A stretch of DNA of 64,000 nt, from the NCBI GenBank assembly GCA_044226625.1, contig JBGAGQ010000001.1, positions 1-64,000 on the forward strand, given 5' to 3'. Source of the DNA: Thermoanaerobaculia bacterium (lineage in GTDB: Bacteria; Acidobacteriota; Thermoanaerobaculia; Multivoradales; UBA5704). This document shows, one piece after another, positions 59,425-64,000 of this stretch. The position numbers and the translations under genes are program-made. How positions within the stretch are numbered: position 1 is the first letter of the stretch; each line of letters begins with the position of its first letter. The notes beneath the pieces were generated by a model. The model saw only the letters and a list, made by a program, of their open reading frames with translations, was not told the origin of the DNA and did not search any database.

Positions 59425-60009
59425 ATGACTCGGGAAGAAGACTTTTCCAGGCTCTATCGCACCTATGTCCGCGGAGTGATCGCATACCTCCGTCGGTTCA
59501 GGTTTTCTCCCGAGGAAGCCCGAGACCTGGCACAAGAAGTATTTGTCCGCGTCTATAAGAGAATGGGAACCTGGCAAGAGGAGGCGGAGTGGGCGTACTT
59601 GAAAAAGACGGCCTTTCACGTCGCCCTGAACGAGCTTCGCCGCCGCGACTCGCAAAGCCGAACCGCCAATGAGCAGTCGCTCGACGAGCTACCGGCCGCC
59701 CCCGAAGATCGCGGTCTTTGGGAGGGCGAGTCGAAATCCCCGGAAGCGGAGCTGATCGACCTCGAGGAGTCCCGATCGCACCGCAGGCATCTTCACCAGG
59801 CGATCGAAGATCTGCCCGAGCGGCTCAAGACCTGCCTGCTCCTTTGGCTCGGCGGGCTAAAGTATCGGGAGATCGCAAAGGTCTTGGGCGTTACTTTGGA
59901 CACCGCAAAAACGAGGATTCACGAGGCGAAGAGTCAGCTCGCCCTCGCCCTTCAGGAAACCTCTCGAGGCACCCGTGTCCGTCGGCCCGGGCAGGAGGAA
60001 CGGCCATGA
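59425..60009 (+). CDS. ECF RNA polymerase sigma factor
   Basis: ARDLAQEVFVRV (region 2); LPER…GLKYREIAKVLGVTLDTAKTRIH (region 4). Confidence 0.92.
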   Translation: MTREEDFSRLYRTYVRGVIAYLRRFRFSPEEARDLAQEVFVRVYKRMGTWQEEAEWAYLKKTAFHVALNELRRRDSQSRTANEQSLDELPAAPEDRGLWEGESKSPEAELIDLEESRSHRRHLHQAIEDLPERLKTCLLLWLGGLKYREIAKVLGVTLDTAKTRIHEAKSQLALALQETSRGTRVRRPGQEERP

Positions 60010-60806
60010 GCGTCAAGCCGGATTCCTGGATCGAGGCGTATCACGAGATCGTCCGCGAGGAACGCGGCCGGGGCGACGAGTGGCCGACGGAAGAGAGTCT
60101 GTTCGCCTTTTCCCGGCAGGAGCTCGAGCCGGCCGAAGCCCGCAAGGTACGGAAGTTCCTGGTCGCCTATCCCGAGATCGCGGCGGCGCTGGCCGAGCTG
60201 GACGAACCCTTCTCGAGCTCCGCGAAAGGCCCGGAGGGCCTCACGGATGTTGAAATCGAGCAGGACTGGTCCCGGCTCATGACTCGTCTCGAAAAAGAGG
60301 CGACCTTCGCACCCCCGGCAGCTCTCTCCGAGCCGAAGCGACCCAAGAAGCCTCGCCAGCGGTCCCCTGTCGGCTGGTGGCTCGGCACTCTGGCGGCATC
60401 CGCCGCGGCCTTCGCCCTGGGCTCCCTCCTGGCGGTCTCGCCTTTCTCCGAACCGTCGCCGCCAATCGCCCTCCGCAGCCGCCTCTTGATTCCCGATGGG
60501 CAGCGAGGCACGACGCAAGAGCCCATACCGGTTGCGTCGGACGAGGGGAAGGGAGGGATGCTGCTGAGCCTCGGTTCGCTCGAACCGAGGCCGTTCGACG
60601 AATACCGCCTCTCGATCCATGAGGTCCGCGACGGGCGGGAGATCGAGCGCTTTCACCAGGGCGGTCTGCGGCGCAACGAGGCGGACGCATTCGACCTCCT
60701 ACTCCCCCCAGGTTCCCTCTCCCCGGGACTCTATCGGCTACGCCTGGTCGGGAACGCGGGGGGCGCCAACACCCTTCTCGCAACCTATTCCATCCGGTTG
60801 AGGTAA
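60006..60806 (+). CDS. Putative single-TM anti-sigma factor
   Basis: ATGA overlap with sigma; N-terminal WPTEESLFAF…; one TM; C-terminal beta domain ending PGLYRLRL. Confidence 0.65.
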   Translation: MSVKPDSWIEAYHEIVREERGRGDEWPTEESLFAFSRQELEPAEARKVRKFLVAYPEIAAALAELDEPFSSSAKGPEGLTDVEIEQDWSRLMTRLEKEATFAPPAALSEPKRPKKPRQRSPVGWWLGTLAASAAAFALGSLLAVSPFSEPSPPIALRSRLLIPDGQRGTTQEPIPVASDEGKGGMLLSLGSLEPRPFDEYRLSIHEVRDGREIERFHQGGLRRNEADAFDLLLPPGSLSPGLYRLRLVGNAGGANTLLATYSIRLR

Positions 60807-60890
60807 CCACCAACTCGAAGCCACCTTCGGCCGTGCCGGGTGTCCCTCTTTCTCAAACGGCGAATGAACGCCGAAGAGGAGAGGCTCGTC

Positions 60891-63221
60891 ATGAGACGTC
60901 GCTCTTGGCTACCCCTTTGCTATCTTGCCACCGGATTCACGTTCTGGCTCGCCTTCCTACCCGACGCCGCCTCGCCGTCGGCGAATCCCGCCGCCGGCCC
61001 TCCATTCGCCGTAACGGATCGTTCCGCTCCAAGGCGTCTCGCGCTGTTGGTGGGAATCGATGACTACTCGGTTCCTCCCGGATCGCCGGTCACGCTCGCG
61101 CCGTTGCGCGGCGTGAGAAATCTCACCGGCGCCGTCCGGGATGTCCAATCGATGGCTCGCTTGCTGGTCGAAACGCAAAGCTTCGTTCCTGAAGACGTTC
61201 GCGTTCTCTCTGACCGGCAGGCGACCCGAGAGGCGATCCTCAACGCGATCGAGACCGATCTGATCCGCCGCGCACGCCCCGGAGACATCGCGCTCTTCTA
61301 CTACTCCGGGCACGGATCCCAAGTCCTCAACTCGGCTTCGAGCGAGCTCGACAAGCTGGACGAATCGATCGTCCCCGCCGATGTCCGGCTCGGCGCTCGA
61401 GACATCACCGACAAGGAGCTTCGCGAACGTTTCCTTCGAATCCTCGACCGCGGCGCCCTGTTGACCGTGGTGCTCGACGATTGCCACAGCGGCTCCGGTG
61501 CCCGCGAGGGCCTCCTTACCGCTTCGGTGCCCCGCGGGATCGAGCCGGATCTTCGCGACATCAACGATGGCTCCCCGGTGGGTCCCCTCCCGGAGGACCG
61601 AGGCGCGTTGGTCCTCGCCGCCAGCCAGGATTTCCAAAGCGCCTGGGAAAGCACGGACGAGCGCGGCAGATCCCGAGGCGCCTTCTCGCTCGCACTGGAG
61701 CGGGCGATCCTGGAACGCACGGAGGGAGAGCCCGCGTCCCAGACCTTCGCCCGCGCCCGGGCTCGGCTCAAGGCGGAACGCCGAATTCAGGAACCCGCGA
61801 TTTCGGGCTCGCCCGAAGCGATCGACCGCCCCTTGTTCGGTTTCTCGGGGGGAGCAGGAAAACGGCGCCCCCTCCTCGCGGTCGAGAAGAGCGGCGCCGA
61901 CGGACTGGTCGAGCTGCAAGGTGGGCTCGCCCTCGGATTGACGGTCGGCTCTCGGCTTCGTCTGGAGGGATCGGGAACCGAGCTCGAAGTCGTCCGCCTT
62001 GAAGGCTTCTCGCGCTGTACCGCCCGGATCGTTGCTTTCGGGGCAAACCGGAATCTCAACGCGATCCTCCCGGGTACTCTCGCCGAGGTCGTCCAATGGA
62101 AGGCTTCCCCTGGATTGCCCCTCCAAGTCTGGCTCGCCGAGAGCGACGGGTATCTGAAGTGCATCGAGATGGCGCGAACCTTGGCCGCCAGAGCCTCCAG
62201 CCGAGGGATGGGCTGGGTGACCGACCCCACCGAGACGCCCCCGACGCACGTCCTGCGCTGGCGCAAGGGAGGCTGGGAGCTTCTCGCGTCGGCCGCCGCC
62301 CCGCAGTCACTGGGAACCGCCATCGGTGCGGACGCGCTGCTCGACCGAGTGGGCTCGGCCGGGAGCCTTTTCGTCCAGCTTCCCGCACCTCCCGGTTACC
62401 TGCGGCGATTCAAGCTCGGTCCCGGAACGCCGAACGACGGAGTCCAGCCGGTGTTCGACCCGGAGCAGGCGGATTACCTGCTCGCGGGACGGTTTCACGA
62501 CGGCAAGATCGAATACGCCTGGATCCGTCCGGATGGCGCGGCCGACCGTCGGGCGAAGTCTCCCCTTCCGGTCCGAACCAGCTGGCGTCCCGCGGGCGCG
62601 CCCGATCCCGATAGCGAACGAGACGCCGCCGAGAACCTCGAGGCGAACCTCCTCCAGATTGTGAAGATCCGCGCGTGGTACCAGCTCTCCGGGCCGCCTG
62701 GCCAAGAGTTCCCCTACGACCTGGCGCTCCGCGGCCTCAAGAACCACCTCGACGTCGCTCCGGAGGGTTCGCTCCTCGGCGGAGAAAGGTACCAATTCGT
62801 CCTACGCCACAATTCCCGGCCGACCGGTTCGATCGTCCGGAGGTATGCCTACGTCTTCACCATCGACAGCCAGGGAGACAGCTCGCTCCTCTTTCCTCTC
62901 CTCGGCAGAGAAAATCACTTCGAGCCCGACTCGCAGACTCTCCGAGAGATCGTCCTTCCGCAGACGATGACGATCTCCGCCCCTTTCGGGCGCGATACCT
63001 ACTTTCTCCTGACCAGCGACGAACCGATTCCGAATCCCGGAATCCTCGAGTTCCGCGGTTTCCGTCGCCGGGGACCTCCGGGCGCGACCTGCCTGGAAGA
63101 GCTGCTTTCTCAGGTGGGGGGAACCAGCCGCAGCGACCCGCCCGCGACGACGATCGGATGGTCGATCGACCGATGGAGCTTCCAGTCCGTGGCACCGGCG
63201 GCTCCAGCGGTCCAACCCTGA
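60891..63221 (+). CDS. Caspase-family (C14) protease with N-terminal export signal and C-terminal beta domain
   Basis: ALLVGIDDY, YYSGHG, LDDCHSG, GAFS; hydrophobic N-terminus. Confidence 0.88.
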   Translation: MRRRSWLPLCYLATGFTFWLAFLPDAASPSANPAAGPPFAVTDRSAPRRLALLVGIDDYSVPPGSPVTLAPLRGVRNLTGAVRDVQSMARLLVETQSFVPEDVRVLSDRQATREAILNAIETDLIRRARPGDIALFYYSGHGSQVLNSASSELDKLDESIVPADVRLGARDITDKELRERFLRILDRGALLTVVLDDCHSGSGAREGLLTASVPRGIEPDLRDINDGSPVGPLPEDRGALVLAASQDFQSAWESTDERGRSRGAFSLALERAILERTEGEPASQTFARARARLKAERRIQEPAISGSPEAIDRPLFGFSGGAGKRRPLLAVEKSGADGLVELQGGLALGLTVGSRLRLEGSGTELEVVRLEGFSRCTARIVAFGANRNLNAILPGTLAEVVQWKASPGLPLQVWLAESDGYLKCIEMARTLAARASSRGMGWVTDPTETPPTHVLRWRKGGWELLASAAAPQSLGTAIGADALLDRVGSAGSLFVQLPAPPGYLRRFKLGPGTPNDGVQPVFDPEQADYLLAGRFHDGKIEYAWIRPDGAADRRAKSPLPVRTSWRPAGAPDPDSERDAAENLEANLLQIVKIRAWYQLSGPPGQEFPYDLALRGLKNHLDVAPEGSLLGGERYQFVLRHNSRPTGSIVRRYAYVFTIDSQGDSSLLFPLLGRENHFEPDSQTLREIVLPQTMTISAPFGRDTYFLLTSDEPIPNPGILEFRGFRRRGPPGATCLEELLSQVGGTSRSDPPATTIGWSIDRWSFQSVAPAAPAVQP

Positions 63222-63232
63222 AACGGGGAGAT

Positions 63233-64000
63233 TCAGCGGCTCAGAACGAAGCCGCCCGCCTGAGACACCGCCCAGCGGAGGCCCTGGGTGGATCTCAGGT
63301 CTCGCAGGCGGGCGACCTGGGTTTCGTGAAAAGCAGAGGCGGGATCGCGCGTCGCGAAAAGCCGCTCGTAGAACCGCTCCATGAACTGAGCCGTCGCTCG
63401 GTCGTCGACGGACCAGAGCGTGAAGAGCAGGTTTTCGGTCCCCGCCAGGGCGAATCCCCGTCGTAGGCCGAGCACCCCCTCGCCGTCTCTCGCTTCTCCG
63501 GTTCCGCTACGGCATGCGGACAGAACGGTGAGCCATGTCCGGCTAAGGTCGAGGCCCGCGGCCTCCTCCGCCGTCAAGATTCCGTCCGTGGCGGCCGGGG
63601 GCACCGATCCACGGCTCCACGCCTCGAGACTCCGCGCCGCGCCGCCCAGCAGGACGTAGCCGCGGTACAGCGGCAAACGGCTCAAGCGCGTCTCGACCTC
63701 GGAAGTGAGCTCGCCCCGCATCTCCCCGCCATGGGTCGCCAGATGGAGGATGCCGGGGCTCGGCCGCGCAAATAGCTCCCGCTCCGTGGCTTGATCCCCC
63801 GTGAGGACCGTCGCCTCCCAGCCCTGCGCTCTGGCGAGCCCCGCGAGGTGCCGCGTTTCTTCCCGCGCGTAAGGCAGGTTTCCGGTGCCGTCCGAGAGAG
63901 CGAGGACGCTCGGCATCACCGAGTCGGATCGAGGGCGAAGCAGATCGCGGCCTGAGCCTACGAGGGAGATCCGCCAGCGTTCTCCCAAAAACCGCTCGTC
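63233..64000 (-). CDS. CHAT domain protease, C-terminal part (gene starts beyond the window)
   Basis: LHLATHG, DGILTA, LSACRSG, TLWSVDD. Confidence 0.88.
   Translation of the reverse strand, partial: DERFLGERWRISLVGSGRDLLRPRSDSVMPSVLALSDGTGNLPYAREETRHLAGLARAQGWEATVLTGDQATERELFARPSPGILHLATHGGEMRGELTSEVETRLSRLPLYRGYVLLGGAARSLEAWSRGSVPPAATDGILTAEEAAGLDLSRTWLTVLSACRSGTGEARDGEGVLGLRRGFALAGTENLLFTLWSVDDRATAQFMERFYERLFATRDPASAFHETQVARLRDLRSTQGLRWAVSQAGGFVLSR

Overview
High-GC bacterial chromosomal window. The gene content suggests Acidobacteriota, probably class Thermoanaerobaculia (inference). The housekeeping core is pgsA, hfq, miaA, lptE, leuS, nusB, ribH, recG, rnpB (RNase P RNA), an aspartate aminotransferase and yebC. 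Accessory blocks: (1) secreted and envelope proteins at 1-11.5 kb, including an M64 peptidase homologue that has lost zinc ligands and a small secreted Cys-loop peptide gene (…GCGIDPNNSPKC…) in front of a Zn-finger/TPR-like gene; (2) vapBC with a promoter and palindromic operator; (3) an orphan BoxB-like diiron protein with a GNAT and an ATP-grasp ligase; (4) a partly decayed defence island at 39.6-46.6 kb (large N6-adenine MTase plus PD-(D/E)xK nuclease, TM protein plus pYEATS, an hsdR scrap, an internally deleted DUF4276 gene, an ABC-type ATPase) bordered by a 20-bp palindromic tandem array; (5) an aryl-polyene-like type II PKS/FAS cluster; (6) a TPR-CHAT / ECF sigma / anti-sigma / exported caspase / second CHAT module. 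miaA carries an internal deletion with a frameshift. All calls come from reading motifs by eye; no searches were run.
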